From Microcoleaceae cyanobacterium (GTDB lineage Bacteria > Cyanobacteriota > Cyanobacteriia > Cyanobacteriales > Microcoleaceae): DNA of 64,000 nt. Both the position numbers and the translations under genes were made by a program. Under the pieces are notes generated by a model that worked only from the letters and a program-made list of their open reading frames with translations, was not told the DNA's origin and did no database searches. The stretch is taken from NCBI GenBank assembly GCA_051652765.1, contig JBOFUV010000071.1, forward strand, positions 1 to 64,000. Reading direction: 5' to 3'. Of this stretch, positions 20,415 to 30,805 are shown in pieces (positions within the stretch are counted from its first letter, which is position 1; each line of letters begins with the position of its first letter).

Positions 20415-21413
20415 CTAACCATGACGTTTCTGGTGCCATTGCCAAGCGTGAGCTAGGATTGCTTTCAAGTCAGAATATTGGGGAGTCCAGTCTAATATTC
20501 GACGAGCTTTTTCACTGGTTCCTACTAAACTTGAGGGATCTCCTGGGCGGCGATCACATTCAACTGCTTTAATCTCTTTTCCAGTAATTTCCCGCGCCGT
20601 TTCAATCACTTCTTTGACTGAAAATCCATTGCCATTGCCCAGGTTAAACACATCGGTTTTTCCCCCTTTTAGCAAGTACTCTAGTCCCAAAACATGGGCA
20701 CTCGCTAAGTCACTCACATGAATATAGTCCCGCAAACAGGTGCCATCGGGTGTCGGGTAATCTGTCCCAAAAATCGAGATTGAATCCCGTTTCCCCAAGG
20801 CCGTGTACAAAACCAGAGGAATCAAATGGGTTTCTGGATTGTGATCTTCCCCGAGTAATCCCGTGGGGTCAGCTCCGGCTGCATTGAAATACCGAAACCA
20901 CACCGAGCGAAAATCATAAGCCGTATCAAAATCCGATAGGATTTGCTCCACGAAGAGCTTGCTCACGCCGTAAGGACTGATCGGGGCTTGGGGATGGGTT
21001 TCAGGAATGGGGATTTCCTGGGGTGTGCCGTAAGTTGCACAGGTGGAAGAAAAGACAAACTTGTTAATTGAGGCTGCCTGCATTGCCTCCAACAAGGTTA
21101 ACGTGCCAACTACATTGTTGCGATAATACTTCTCAGGAGTGGTGACAGATTCTCCCACGTAAGTGTAGGCCGCAAAGTGCATCACGGCATCAATCTTACG
21201 AGTTGCAAATAGGTCATCCAGCAAGGAGCGGTCATTGGTATCTCCAGTGATCAACTCAACTTTCAAGACCTGGTCAACAATATCTCTGTGACCATAGACG
21301 AGATTGTCAAATACAATCACCTCATAGCCAGACTGTTGTAGCGCGAGCACAGCATGGGAACCAATATATCCTGCGCCGCCAGTGACGAGGACGGTGGGTT
21401 TTGTTTGAGACAC
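20415..21413 (-). CDS. galE: UDP-glucose 4-epimerase
   Basis: GGAGYIGSH, YGVSK, RYFNAAGA, RDYIHV. Confidence 0.95.
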   Translation of the reverse strand: MSQTKPTVLVTGGAGYIGSHAVLALQQSGYEVIVFDNLVYGHRDIVDQVLKVELITGDTNDRSLLDDLFATRKIDAVMHFAAYTYVGESVTTPEKYYRNNVVGTLTLLEAMQAASINKFVFSSTCATYGTPQEIPIPETHPQAPISPYGVSKLFVEQILSDFDTAYDFRSVWFRYFNAAGADPTGLLGEDHNPETHLIPLVLYTALGKRDSISIFGTDYPTPDGTCLRDYIHVSDLASAHVLGLEYLLKGGKTDVFNLGNGNGFSVKEVIETAREITGKEIKAVECDRRPGDPSSLVGTSEKARRILDWTPQYSDLKAILAHAWQWHQKRHG

Positions 21414-21467
21414 GTTGAGATTTCACTCCTTGTTGCAAGTTAACTTTCAAGACAATAGATCACACCC

Positions 21468-21848
21468 TTAGTCGTCCGTTGTCTGAGCAGAAATATCAAT
21501 AGCCTGAACGTCAATTGTTCCCGGTGGAGTCAATCGACTGAAACGTCCCTGGTCAACGTGAAGAAGTTCACCGCAGTTTGGACATTGACACTGAGTTTGG
21601 TTGAGGGCAGTAAATTCATAACGACACATTGGACATTGATCAATCACCATATTGCGATCCAACCACCAGCGCACCCCAACAACAAAGACTACAGGAGCCA
21701 GAAGGAGAATCCCAATCAGAATCAAAATCCAGTTTACTAACCATCCCAGACCGAATGTAGCTAACAGCCAAATAATAATTACTAGGGTTAGCCAGTTGCT
21801 GAGACCGGACAAGTTCAACAAGAAAGGTCTGGGTCGTCCCTGATTCAC
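21468..21848 (-). CDS. conserved membrane protein with Zn ribbon
   Basis: TM segments plus CPMC...CPNCG and a PGTIDV tail. Confidence 0.75.
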   Translation of the reverse strand: MNQGRPRPFLLNLSGLSNWLTLVIIIWLLATFGLGWLVNWILILIGILLLAPVVFVVGVRWWLDRNMVIDQCPMCRYEFTALNQTQCQCPNCGELLHVDQGRFSRLTPPGTIDVQAIDISAQTTDD

Positions 21849-21893
21849 AATAGTTTCCTCAAGTATCTGCGTGCGAGTGTACTTCTTTCTCTA

Positions 21894-23060
21894 TCATACT
21901 ATTGCCCCTTGGAAGAGTTCTTGAAGTTGGGCTTGAAATGCTGCTTTGCCAAACTGTTCTAGGCTTTGTTGTCGCAGCCATGCCCCATTGCACCGCTGAT
22001 CCTCTCCCTTAAAAATTTCAATACAAGCTTGAGCGACCGCATCTGGATTGCGGTGAGGCACTTGCCAGCCCAACTTGCCATCTTGCAACGGGTCTGCCGA
22101 ACCGTCTGCATCTCCAGCCAAGACAGGAATTCCACAGGCCATTGCTTCGAGATAAACAATGCCAAAGCCTTCCTGGGAGGGCATGACATAGGCATCGGCA
22201 ACTCGATAATGGTCTACCAGTTCTGCCGTCGGCACAAATCCGGCAAAGACAACCTGTTGACTCACGCCTAAATCCTGGGCAAGTTGTATCAGTCGGGGTT
22301 GATCATCTCCCCGTCCAATCACCAAATATTTAGTTTCTGGAAAAACTCGCAAAATTTCCGGGAGCGCCCGAATGGTGACATCCACTCCTTTGTAAATATC
22401 CCCTGACCACAGACGCGCAACCGTCATCAATACCTTGGCTCCCTCTAACCCATACCGTTCAACTAAATCTAAAGGCTTAGAACCCGGCGTAAAGCGATCG
22501 CCATCTACCATACAGGGCAACATCCGAAACTGTTGTGGATCGAGCTGATTCGCTTTACAGGCCCGATCCCGGCTATACCGACTAATAGTCCAGACTTGAT
22601 AGGCATTTTGCAGGGCCGACTGACACTTGCTGGGCAAAGGTTCCCAAACCTCCTTGCCATAGGTGAGAACGATATAGGGAATCCCCAACGGTTGACAAAA
22701 AAGTTGAACCAGACGAGCCAGGTTAACGTGACCACAGATCACCAACGGCGGTCGAGTAAAGAATAAGGTCTGTAGCAAAGCGATCGCAAACTTGAACCGA
22801 CCTAGAACCAGAGCATCAGACCTGAAATACTGAAACTTAATCGGACTCGGTTCATAGGGGTTAGGACATCCAATCCCATCCCGAAGCAGCAAAATCTCAC
22901 TGACAGGTCTGGCAAAATGAGAACTCTGGGACGAGGATGTTTCCAGATGGAGGTAGGCATCCAAAATATCTTTGACATAGGATTGAATGCCCCCCTCACA
23001 GGAAAAGACCTGTAGAAAACACCAAACCAAAGTATGTTTGGGGTAAATTTGCTTAGCCAA
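21894..23060 (-). CDS. glycosyltransferase family 4
   Basis: EGFGIVYLEAMACG, YKGVD. Start uncertain. Confidence 0.9.
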   Translation of the reverse strand: MAKQIYPKHTLVWCFLQVFSCEGGIQSYVKDILDAYLHLETSSSQSSHFARPVSEILLLRDGIGCPNPYEPSPIKFQYFRSDALVLGRFKFAIALLQTLFFTRPPLVICGHVNLARLVQLFCQPLGIPYIVLTYGKEVWEPLPSKCQSALQNAYQVWTISRYSRDRACKANQLDPQQFRMLPCMVDGDRFTPGSKPLDLVERYGLEGAKVLMTVARLWSGDIYKGVDVTIRALPEILRVFPETKYLVIGRGDDQPRLIQLAQDLGVSQQVVFAGFVPTAELVDHYRVADAYVMPSQEGFGIVYLEAMACGIPVLAGDADGSADPLQDGKLGWQVPHRNPDAVAQACIEIFKGEDQRCNGAWLRQQSLEQFGKAAFQAQLQELFQGAIV

Positions 23061-23080
23061 TTCTTCTAATTCTCTAAGAT

Positions 23081-23129
23081 TTCTCTAAAACAAACACTTC
23101 TCTAAAACCAACACTTCTTTAAAACAAAC
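23081..23129. repeat. 17-bp tandem repeat x3
   Basis: TTCTCTAAAACAAACAC variants. Confidence 0.8.
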
Positions 23130-23226
23130 TATTCTAGGGGAACGTAAACTTTGAATAGATATTAAACACTTAAATTAAGTTTAATACTCTAAAGTACTGA
23201 TCTTAAAGTACTGTTTCAGTGCCCAA

Positions 23227-23346
23227 ATATAACAATCTCAAATAATTTGTGAGTAGGGGGTGAAGGGGGCGTTGCTCCTTCCTTTGGGAACGAAGTCCCC
23301 AAACTCCTCTCTAAGATTTCTCATGATTGATTTAGGATCGCTATAT
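23227..23346. mobile_element. ~120-bp MITE-like element, copy 1
   Basis: Imperfect ~27-bp terminal IRs ATATAACAATCTCAAATAATTTGTGAG / CTCATGATTGATTTAGGATCGCTATAT; related copies at 37971 and 49386. Confidence 0.65.
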
Positions 23347-23477
23347 CAGTAGAGCAAATTCTGACTCACTTGACCATCTAAAAAACGATACCTGCGATCA
23401 CTTCTCAAACAGACTTCTAATCAAGCCTAGATGGGAAGCCCACAGGTATCTATCAAACTCATTGAACAGGGCTTGGT

Positions 23478-23960
23478 CTAGAACAAACCAAAAGTTAAGG
23501 ACTTATCAATCGGTAAAGTTGCACCAATCCCCAGCCACAGGGTAACCAAAGTGCCGAATAAGAACACAGCGGTTGCAACGGGACGACGGAAAGGATTTTG
23601 AAACTTGTTCACATTCTCAATGAAAGGAACCAGGATCAAACCTAGGGGAATAGAAGACATCAGCGTGATCCCCAGCAACTTGTTAGGAACGACCCGCAAA
23701 ATTTGGAACGTAGGCCACAAGTACCACTCTGGAAGGATCTCCAGAGGCGTTGCAAAAGGATTAGAAGGCTCACCCATCATGGCTGGGTCAAGAACCGACA
23801 AACCAACGACCAAGGCAAAAGTCCCTACAATTACGATAGGAAACGTATATAACAAGTCGTTAGGCCAAGCAGGTTCGCCGTAATAATTATGACCCATGCC
23901 TTGGGCTAATTTGGCACGGAGTATGGGATCGCTTAGATCAGGTTTCTTTAACGTTGACAT
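23478..23960 (-). CDS. petD: cytochrome b6f subunit IV
   Basis: [28 protein letters not shown]. Confidence 0.98.
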   Translation of the reverse strand: MSTLKKPDLSDPILRAKLAQGMGHNYYGEPAWPNDLLYTFPIVIVGTFALVVGLSVLDPAMMGEPSNPFATPLEILPEWYLWPTFQILRVVPNKLLGITLMSSIPLGLILVPFIENVNKFQNPFRRPVATAVFLFGTLVTLWLGIGATLPIDKSLTFGLF

Positions 23961-24084
23961 GACTAACAGTATTCTCCATGAGGATGACAGTCGGCAAAAC
24001 CATCAAAAACTTATACTAACCAACTCAACAGGACAGGACGTTGCAACCAGCACTCTAAAATTACGCCCTGATTCCTGAGTACTT

Positions 24085-24753
24085 TTACAAGGGGCCAGAA
24101 ATTCCCTGTTTACGGATCATCAAGAAGTGTAACAACATGAAGACCGCAATCAACCAGGGCAGAACAAACGTATGCAAGGTGTAGAAACGGCTTAACGTTG
24201 GCTGTCCAACCGCCTGACCTCCACGCATGAGTTCAACGATGGTAGAACCTACAATCGGAATGGCCTCAGGCACACCAGACACAATTTTCACCGCCCAGTA
24301 ACCAATCTGATCCCAGGGAAGGGAGTATCCAGTCACACCAAAAGAGACTGTGATCACTGCCAAAACAACCCCAGTTACCCAGGTCAACTCTCTAGGCTTT
24401 TTGAAGCCCCCCGTGAGGTAAACCCGGAAAACGTGCAAGATCATCATCAGTACCATCATGCTGGCAGACCAACGATGGATCGACCGGATCAGCCAACCAA
24501 AGTTAACGTCCGTCATGATGTACTGTACAGAGGTGAACGCCTCAGTCACAGTTGGCTTGTAGTAAAACGTCATAGCAAATCCAGTGGCAAACTGGATTAA
24601 GAAGCAAACAAGGGTAATTCCCCCCAAGCAATAAAAAATATTAACGTGGGGAGGGACATACTTACTAGTAATGTCGTCAGCGAGGGCCTGAACTTCTAGC
24701 CGCTCATCAAACCACTTGAATGCCTTCGATTCTGTTATTTCCTTTGAGAACAT
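24085..24753 (-). CDS. petB: cytochrome b6
   Basis: [33 protein letters not shown]. Confidence 0.98.
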   Translation of the reverse strand: MFSKEITESKAFKWFDERLEVQALADDITSKYVPPHVNIFYCLGGITLVCFLIQFATGFAMTFYYKPTVTEAFTSVQYIMTDVNFGWLIRSIHRWSASMMVLMMILHVFRVYLTGGFKKPRELTWVTGVVLAVITVSFGVTGYSLPWDQIGYWAVKIVSGVPEAIPIVGSTIVELMRGGQAVGQPTLSRFYTLHTFVLPWLIAVFMLLHFLMIRKQGISGPL

Positions 24754-25272
24754 GAAGCAAAGATTCCTAAGATGGATTGCTGCTACCTAAACCCTCAGGT
24801 GAAACCAGGAAAGCCCAGAAGCAAGCAAGTTCTGAGAGTTCCCCAGGCTTTGATCTGTCTAGCCCCTGACTTTCACCCGAAACAGAGCTTTCGGAGTAGC
24901 CCCGATATGAACTGACTTAGAAATAAATTTCCAAGTACAGCTCTCATTTTACAAAAAATACGGGGGAAACTGGAAAACGATTGAATCAAAGAACTCAGTT
25001 GTTTTACCTTTCCCACTGATAAAAAATGTAACATAGCTTTAAGTCAATTTTCATCAAACTAAGGCAAACTTGAATTTCTTATCTATAGGGTTGTGAGTTC
25101 AGTCTCATCGCACAGCCGTCCTGGTTGTCTGTTAGCCCAGATGTCTAACCCACAAAATCTCAAGGGTTGTTTGTCCAACTCTCCTGTGGTTGGGCTTGAT
25201 TTTGTTCTACCGACTGTAGTTCTGCCCAACCCACAAAATTTGCTGCTGAACACAAGACTATACAAGTCTGTT

Positions 25273-26547
25273 ATGAAAGTCTTAAAATCCCACTTGATGC
25301 ATCCAAGAATTTTTCAAATCACTGCTGTTTTCCTCACTCATCTTCTCGTTCAGACGCTATTGCTGTGGTCAACCTGGGTTCCCACCAGTTTGGCGCTGAC
25401 AGAAGAACAACATCTTTTTGGGGAAAGCTGGCGCATTGTCAATCGAGCCTATCTTGATGAAACGTTTAATCACCAAAGTTGGTGGTTTGTCCGGGAAAAA
25501 GCCCTGCGTCAACCCTTAACCAATCGAGAGGAAACCTATCAGGCAATTGACCAGATGTTAGCTAGCCTAGACGATCCCTTTACCCGACTGCTCAGGCCCA
25601 ATCAGTATCGGAGCTTGCAGGTCAATACCTCAGGTGAATTAACCGGAGTTGGGTTGCAGATTGCCTTAGATGCAGAAACCGGAGAACTAACGGTCATTGC
25701 CCCTTTGGATGGCTCTCCCGCCGCCCAAGCCGGGATTCAACCCAGGGATAAAATTCTCAAAATTGATGGGTTCTCCACCGTAGATCTGACCCTGGATGAA
25801 GCGGCCATGCGAATGCGTGGGCCTCGGGGCACTCAAACCCGTTTAACGGTGATGCGGTTTAGGAACCAATCTATTGAGGAAATTGAACTAACCCGCGATC
25901 AAATTACCCTCAATCCGGTGTTTGCTGCATTGCAGACTCAGTCTGACCAGGTTCCTCTCGGTTATATTCGCCTCAGTCAATTCAGTGCTAACGCGACGGA
26001 AGAAGTTGCCAATGCAATCACAACCCTAGAAAAACAGGGGGCTAAAGCCTTTATCCTCGACCTCCGCAACAATCCAGGGGGTCTTCTGCAAGCTGGCATC
26101 GAAATTGCCAGACTTTGGTTAGACGAGGGCACAATTGTCTACACCGTCAACCGTCAAAGCGTTCTGGGTAATCTAGAAGCAACGGGTTCAGCCCTAACCC
26201 AGGCTCCACTCATCGTTTTGGTGAATCAGGGAACCGCTAGTGCTAGTGAAATCTTGGCTGGAGCCCTCCAAGATAACCATCGAGCTAAGTTGGTTGGAGA
26301 GAAAACCTTTGGCAAAGGACTGATTCAATCTTTGTTTGACCTGTCCGACGGCTCTGGTTTGGCAGTCACTGTGGCCAAGTATGAAACCCCTGACCATCAT
26401 GACATTCACAAACTAGGAATTATGCCTGATCAGGTGGTGCCAACGCCTACGATTAGCCTTACCCAAGTTGCGACTCAAGCAGATACCCAGTATCAGGCGG
26501 CAGTTGATCTGCTCAACACTCAGCTTGCAGTGGCCCATGCTTCATAA
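25273..26547 (+). CDS. ctpA: carboxyl-terminal processing protease (S41, D1 processing)
   Basis: DLRNNPGGLL, GTASASEI, TFGKGLIQ, PDZ; conserved position divergent from petB. Start 25273 or 25297. Confidence 0.88.
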   Translation: MKVLKSHLMHPRIFQITAVFLTHLLVQTLLLWSTWVPTSLALTEEQHLFGESWRIVNRAYLDETFNHQSWWFVREKALRQPLTNREETYQAIDQMLASLDDPFTRLLRPNQYRSLQVNTSGELTGVGLQIALDAETGELTVIAPLDGSPAAQAGIQPRDKILKIDGFSTVDLTLDEAAMRMRGPRGTQTRLTVMRFRNQSIEEIELTRDQITLNPVFAALQTQSDQVPLGYIRLSQFSANATEEVANAITTLEKQGAKAFILDLRNNPGGLLQAGIEIARLWLDEGTIVYTVNRQSVLGNLEATGSALTQAPLIVLVNQGTASASEILAGALQDNHRAKLVGEKTFGKGLIQSLFDLSDGSGLAVTVAKYETPDHHDIHKLGIMPDQVVPTPTISLTQVATQADTQYQAAVDLLNTQLAVAHAS

Positions 26548-26564
26548 GTCAGGAGTGAATTGTA

Positions 26565-27770
26565 ATGAAGTCCCCAACCCCAGGAATTAGCACCCTGATG
26601 ATACTTTTGGCGATCGCTGGGTGTGCTCTGGTTCAACCCTCATCCGATCCAGCACCCGTTCCCTCAACCCCAACCCCTCCCAACACAGTCGCTGCCCTAC
26701 AAGCCGCTCAAGCCGTGACGCTGGTACAGGGACTAGAACATCCTTGGGGTATGGCCTGGTTACCCGATGGGTCTATGCTGATTACAGAGCGCCCTGGACG
26801 ACTCAGGACTATTCGGGATGGAAAGCTTGATCCGGCTCCAATTGCTGGAGTTCCCCCAGTCTTGGCCCTTAAACAGGGAGGGCTACTGGATGTCTCAGTT
26901 CATCCTCGATTTGAGGAAAATCGCTGGGTTTATTTGACCTATTCCCACGGTACAGAGACCGCAAACCACACCAGGGTTGCCCGTGGAATATTTGATGGTA
27001 AGGCGTTGCAAAATCTCAACGTTATCTTTGAGGTGTCTCAGCTTAAACCCGATGGGCAACACTTCGGCTCTCGGATCGTTTGGCTGCCTGACAATACGAT
27101 GCTATTAGCCATTGGAGATGGGGGCAATCCTCCGGTTCAACTGGAGGGCGACTTGATTCGAAAGCAAGCTCAAAATCTTCGCAGTCATCTGGGTAAAATC
27201 ATCCGACTGACAGAGGATGGATCGATTCCCCCCAACAACCCTTTTGTCACCACTGCAAATGCTGATCCAGGAATCTGGAGCTATGGTCATCGGAATATCC
27301 AAGGGCTGACCTTTGATTCAGCCCGAAATCAAGTTTGGGCCACTGAACATGGGGCTCGAGGCGGCGACGAACTCAACCTCGTTCAAGCTGGTCAGAACTA
27401 TGGCTGGCCGATTGTGACCCATAGCCGAGAATACTTTGGGCCAGAGATTTCTGGAGAAACCTCCCGTTCTGGTCTGGTCGATCCCAAAATTGTTTGGACT
27501 CCAGGCATCGCCCCTTCGGGTTTAGTCGTTTATTCAGGCGATCGCATTCCCCAGTGGAAAGGAGACTTATTTGCAGGGGGTTTGGTTTCTCAGGCGGTTC
27601 ACTATGTTGACCTGGATGTGGCGGGTAATGTCATTAGCCAGACTAAAATTGAGATCGGTCAGCGGGTGCGAGATGTGCGCCAGGGGCCTGACGGGTTACT
27701 GTATGTTCTCACCGATGAACCCGATGGCCAACTGATTCGTTTTGAGCCTTCTGGCAGCCCAGCAAACTGA
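26565..27770 (+). CDS. PQQ-dependent soluble aldose/glucose dehydrogenase family lipoprotein
   Basis: Lipobox IAGC, HFGSRI, YGHRNIQG, GGDELN, RVRDVRQGPDG. Confidence 0.88.
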   Translation: MKSPTPGISTLMILLAIAGCALVQPSSDPAPVPSTPTPPNTVAALQAAQAVTLVQGLEHPWGMAWLPDGSMLITERPGRLRTIRDGKLDPAPIAGVPPVLALKQGGLLDVSVHPRFEENRWVYLTYSHGTETANHTRVARGIFDGKALQNLNVIFEVSQLKPDGQHFGSRIVWLPDNTMLLAIGDGGNPPVQLEGDLIRKQAQNLRSHLGKIIRLTEDGSIPPNNPFVTTANADPGIWSYGHRNIQGLTFDSARNQVWATEHGARGGDELNLVQAGQNYGWPIVTHSREYFGPEISGETSRSGLVDPKIVWTPGIAPSGLVVYSGDRIPQWKGDLFAGGLVSQAVHYVDLDVAGNVISQTKIEIGQRVRDVRQGPDGLLYVLTDEPDGQLIRFEPSGSPAN

Positions 27771-27791
27771 TCTGGCTGGCTATGGGCTAGT

Positions 27792-28457
27792 TTATGAATT
27801 TCCTGATGAATTGCCGATTGACAGGTCATTTGATGGGGGAATCGGATCAAAATTCAGGGGTTGACCATAGCGGTTATAGGTTAAGATGTCCCACTGACCA
27901 TTGAGACTGGATTCAAAGGCAATAATTGAACCGTCGGCACTAAGGGTAGGGTGGCAAACCTGGGCTGTTAACGCTTTGGTTAGGTTTCGCAGTTGATGGG
28001 TCTTGCGGTTGTAGAGATAAATATCAGCGGTTCCGGCTCGGATCGCTGTGAAAGCAACGTACAATCCATCCGCAGAAATTGCAGGTTCAGAGGGAACTAA
28101 ATCCAGGGCATTGAGCCCCGGCAAATCGACTAAGGTTCTGTCTTGTAAATCGTAGAGATAAATCTCTTGATGTTCGCGGCGATCTGAGGAAAAGACCAGG
28201 TAGTGCAGGCTGACTTGAGGGGTAAGCTCCGCCATCGGGCTGTTCAAACTGTTAATGTCTGTTCCGAACGGATAATTCACTAGGTGGGGATAGAGCCCAC
28301 AACCCGTTAGCAACCCTCCCAATACGAAGGACAAAGATAACATTCTCAAACAGCTCAGCAGAGGTTGCTGAGACCATCGCATCTGGCTCTGGTCAAGCAT
28401 TAACTGATGCTTAACGAGCCTGCGCTCTGAAATCAGTCTGACAAAGAACGGGTACAC
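27792..28457 (-). CDS. TolB-like PD40 repeat lipoprotein
   Basis: LLTGC, PAISADG, PTLSADG repeats. True start probably 28382 or 28343. Confidence 0.8.
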   Translation of the reverse strand: MYPFFVRLISERRLVKHQLMLDQSQMRWSQQPLLSCLRMLSLSFVLGGLLTGCGLYPHLVNYPFGTDINSLNSPMAELTPQVSLHYLVFSSDRREHQEIYLYDLQDRTLVDLPGLNALDLVPSEPAISADGLYVAFTAIRAGTADIYLYNRKTHQLRNLTKALTAQVCHPTLSADGSIIAFESSLNGQWDILTYNRYGQPLNFDPIPPSNDLSIGNSSGNS

Positions 28458-28470
28458 AGGGATAATCTAG

Positions 28471-29019
28471 CTAGGATGCATCTTTTATTCTTAGATTAGC
28501 CTGAATTCCATCTAGTTCAATCCTGGGTCCTCGATCGATCACTTCAATATCCCATTGACCTCGACGACCCGTTTCAAAGGTAATATAGCGGCCATCTGGA
28601 CTGATGTTAGGATGCTTTACCCAACCTTGATATTGCTGAGTTACCTTCTGAGAGTAGTGAGTTTTGCGATCATAGAGATAAATTTCAGGTCGGCCTGAGT
28701 TGCTAGCAACATAGACGATGTAGCGAGCACTGTAACTTAGGCTAGGGTTCTGGGCGATCGCATCAGGTCGATTGAGAAAGGGTAAATCAACAAATGTCCG
28801 CAACTGCAAATCATATAGGAGGAGCTGACGTTGACCCTCTCGATTGGAGACAAACCCTAAGAACCGACCGTTCCCACTGAGAGCAGGATGCTCATCCGTC
28901 ACGAAACTGTTCAAGGTGGGTAGCTTTCCTGCCGCAGACACAGAAAAACCTGCCCCTAGAACGCCTAGAAAAACCCAGAGGATGACTAAAAATATTCGCC
29001 CTAGCCATTTCCTAGGCAT
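28471..29019 (-). CDS. TolB-like PD40 repeat protein
   Basis: PALSGNGR, PSLSYSAR, PNISPDGR. Confidence 0.82.
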   Translation of the reverse strand: MPRKWLGRIFLVILWVFLGVLGAGFSVSAAGKLPTLNSFVTDEHPALSGNGRFLGFVSNREGQRQLLLYDLQLRTFVDLPFLNRPDAIAQNPSLSYSARYIVYVASNSGRPEIYLYDRKTHYSQKVTQQYQGWVKHPNISPDGRYITFETGRRGQWDIEVIDRGPRIELDGIQANLRIKDAS

Positions 29020-29060
29020 TACAAATCTAGACCAAGCAACGACCCAAAAAAGTGAGTTGT

Positions 29061-29927
29061 TTAGTTAGCAGAACGATCTGAATCTTCATCGTAATCGACG
29101 GGACTATACTCTGCATAATCACTTGAAATAGTCTCCCGACTAGTTGCAGAGTAACGATATTGCGAATCCTCTGGAGGAGGAGTTTGTCGCTTGGGCTGCT
29201 GAGGGGAAGGGGAGGCTGGCTCATCCCGTTCGTAGGCTTCCGGACGGCTGCTTGATCGTCGAGGACGACCCCGAGAAGGACGCTCTTCTGGCTCAAGGGG
29301 TTCATTATCATAACTGTCGTCATAACTGTCGCCATTGGCAGCACTGGGGCGACTTTCTGGGCGAAGACGGCGTTTGCGAGTAGTCCGCTCTTCAGTAACC
29401 TGGGGCTGTTCCCAATCCTCTGATCTAGGACGACTCCGCTCCGTTCCACTCCGACGGGCAGTGCTTGGACGAGAACGCAACTCCTCATCTGGATAAGCTT
29501 CTGAACGAGCAGGCCGAGCTTCCCGACTGCCCCGAATTTGCCGAGCCATGGGCATGTATTCATCCACGGGCTCAATCTCATCGAGTTCAGCATCAACTCG
29601 ATAAGCATCACTAACATAGCGCTCTTCATCAACAATTGGAGCCCGCTCTTTAGCTTTTGTTGTGACCAAGCCCCGCATTCGAATACTTTCAACGGCAAAG
29701 AAAACGGCTGAGCCCCCTAACAAAAACTGACCAAAGGCTAGAATTGGGTCTAATCTCCAACCCTGAAACAGGAGAATTCCTCCACAAAGTAGGCCAATTG
29801 CAGCAAAGAAAATATCATGATCTCTCGCTAGCTTGGGCTTCCAGGAACGCAAGAAGTATAACCCCGCCCCTGCAACCGCCAGAACAATCCCAAGTAAGCT
29901 GCTAAAGTTTAATCCTAAGTTGACCAT
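29061..29927 (-). CDS. ycf66: Ycf66 family protein
   Basis: RDHDIFFAAIGLLCGGILLFQGWRLDPIL; charged disordered tail. Confidence 0.9.
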   Translation of the reverse strand: MVNLGLNFSSLLGIVLAVAGAGLYFLRSWKPKLARDHDIFFAAIGLLCGGILLFQGWRLDPILAFGQFLLGGSAVFFAVESIRMRGLVTTKAKERAPIVDEERYVSDAYRVDAELDEIEPVDEYMPMARQIRGSREARPARSEAYPDEELRSRPSTARRSGTERSRPRSEDWEQPQVTEERTTRKRRLRPESRPSAANGDSYDDSYDNEPLEPEERPSRGRPRRSSSRPEAYERDEPASPSPQQPKRQTPPPEDSQYRYSATSRETISSDYAEYSPVDYDEDSDRSAN

Positions 29928-30056
29928 TCTTTCTGAATCTCCTACGCTAGTCCTATCTTAGCGAGTTCTCTCCGCATCCTTTAAATTTAGCTTAAGCGAC
30001 TCATTTAAGCCTTTCTCTTCATACGAACTTTTACTTTTTCAAAGAATTGTGACCTG

Positions 30057-30078
30057 CGGGCAAGATACCCGCACCCCA
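30057..30078 (+). repeat. REP-like element
   Basis: GCGGGCAAGATACCCGCACCCCA. Confidence 0.55.
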
Positions 30079-30132
30079 ATTAAACATCAACCTTACCAAT
30101 CAGGTTGCGAGTTCCCCGGCTGACTCAACCAT

Positions 30133-30163
30133 AAAAAGGACTAAAGTTTTAATCTTTAGCCCT
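30133..30163 (-). terminator. intrinsic terminator of psbX
   Basis: Minus strand AGGGCTAAAG-attaaaa-CTTTAGTCCT followed by a T run. Confidence 0.7.
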
Positions 30164-30182
30164 CAGATAGAGACTCTAACCC

Positions 30183-30305
30183 TTAGGAACGACGGGTAAC
30201 CTTATCCTTTTGGCTGATCCAAACCAAGCCAACGATCACTGGAACCACAACAATTATTGCGCCAGCTAGCAGGCTATAGAAAAAATTCACTAAAGAAGGT
30301 GTCAT
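30183..30305 (-). CDS. psbX: photosystem II reaction center protein X (absent from the ORF track)
   Basis: Manual translation MTPSLVNFFYSLLAGAIIVVVPVIVGLVWISQKDKVTRRS*; ycf66-psbX-yggT-accC synteny. Confidence 0.93.
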   Translation of the reverse strand: MTPSLVNFFYSLLAGAIIVVVPVIVGLVWISQKDKVTRRS

Positions 30306-30478
30306 ACAAACCTGATCCTTTTACAACGGTTTCTTTAAGACTGATTTTAACAATAGGTCACACTTCTGAGAAGTTATCTGACATAGTTCCTTGCTGTGTA
30401 CCCCTCAATTGTTAGAATAGTAGAGATTATCGTTACAAAAATTAAAAAGACTTAACTCAAGTATTTTAAGATCAAGCT

Positions 30479-30787
30479 ATGACAACAGTTGGTGTGAATG
30501 AGATTTTGCAAGGTGAGAGTTTGAATTGGATCTTGGGAATTGCCCTCGGGGTGATGACATTCCTGTTTATTTTTCGGATTGTGTTGACCTGGTATCCCCA
30601 GGTTGAGACTGGGCGTTTTCCCTTCAACGTTGTTGTTTGGCTAACAGAACCGTTCTTGGCCGCGACTCGAAAGCTGGTTCCCCCTGTGGGCGGCGTAGAT
30701 ATCACCCCGATTATCTGGGTAGGTGTTTGTTCATTTCTGCGAGAGGTACTCCTGGGCCAGCAAGGGTTACTGAGAATGATGCACTAA
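30479..30787 (+). CDS. YggT family membrane protein
   Basis: RIVLTWYP, TEPFLAATRKLVPPVGGVDITP. Confidence 0.9.
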   Translation: MTTVGVNEILQGESLNWILGIALGVMTFLFIFRIVLTWYPQVETGRFPFNVVVWLTEPFLAATRKLVPPVGGVDITPIIWVGVCSFLREVLLGQQGLLRMMH

Positions 30788-30805
30788 TTTATTTTTGGCA
30801 TTCAT

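Noticed and set aside
29027..29698. 223-aa ORF overlapping ycf66
   Set aside because: Alternative frame over a well-supported gene, with no recognisable motifs.
30432..30449. HLR1 or NtcA site between psbX and yggT
   Set aside because: Only one good half-site; the spacing fits neither consensus.
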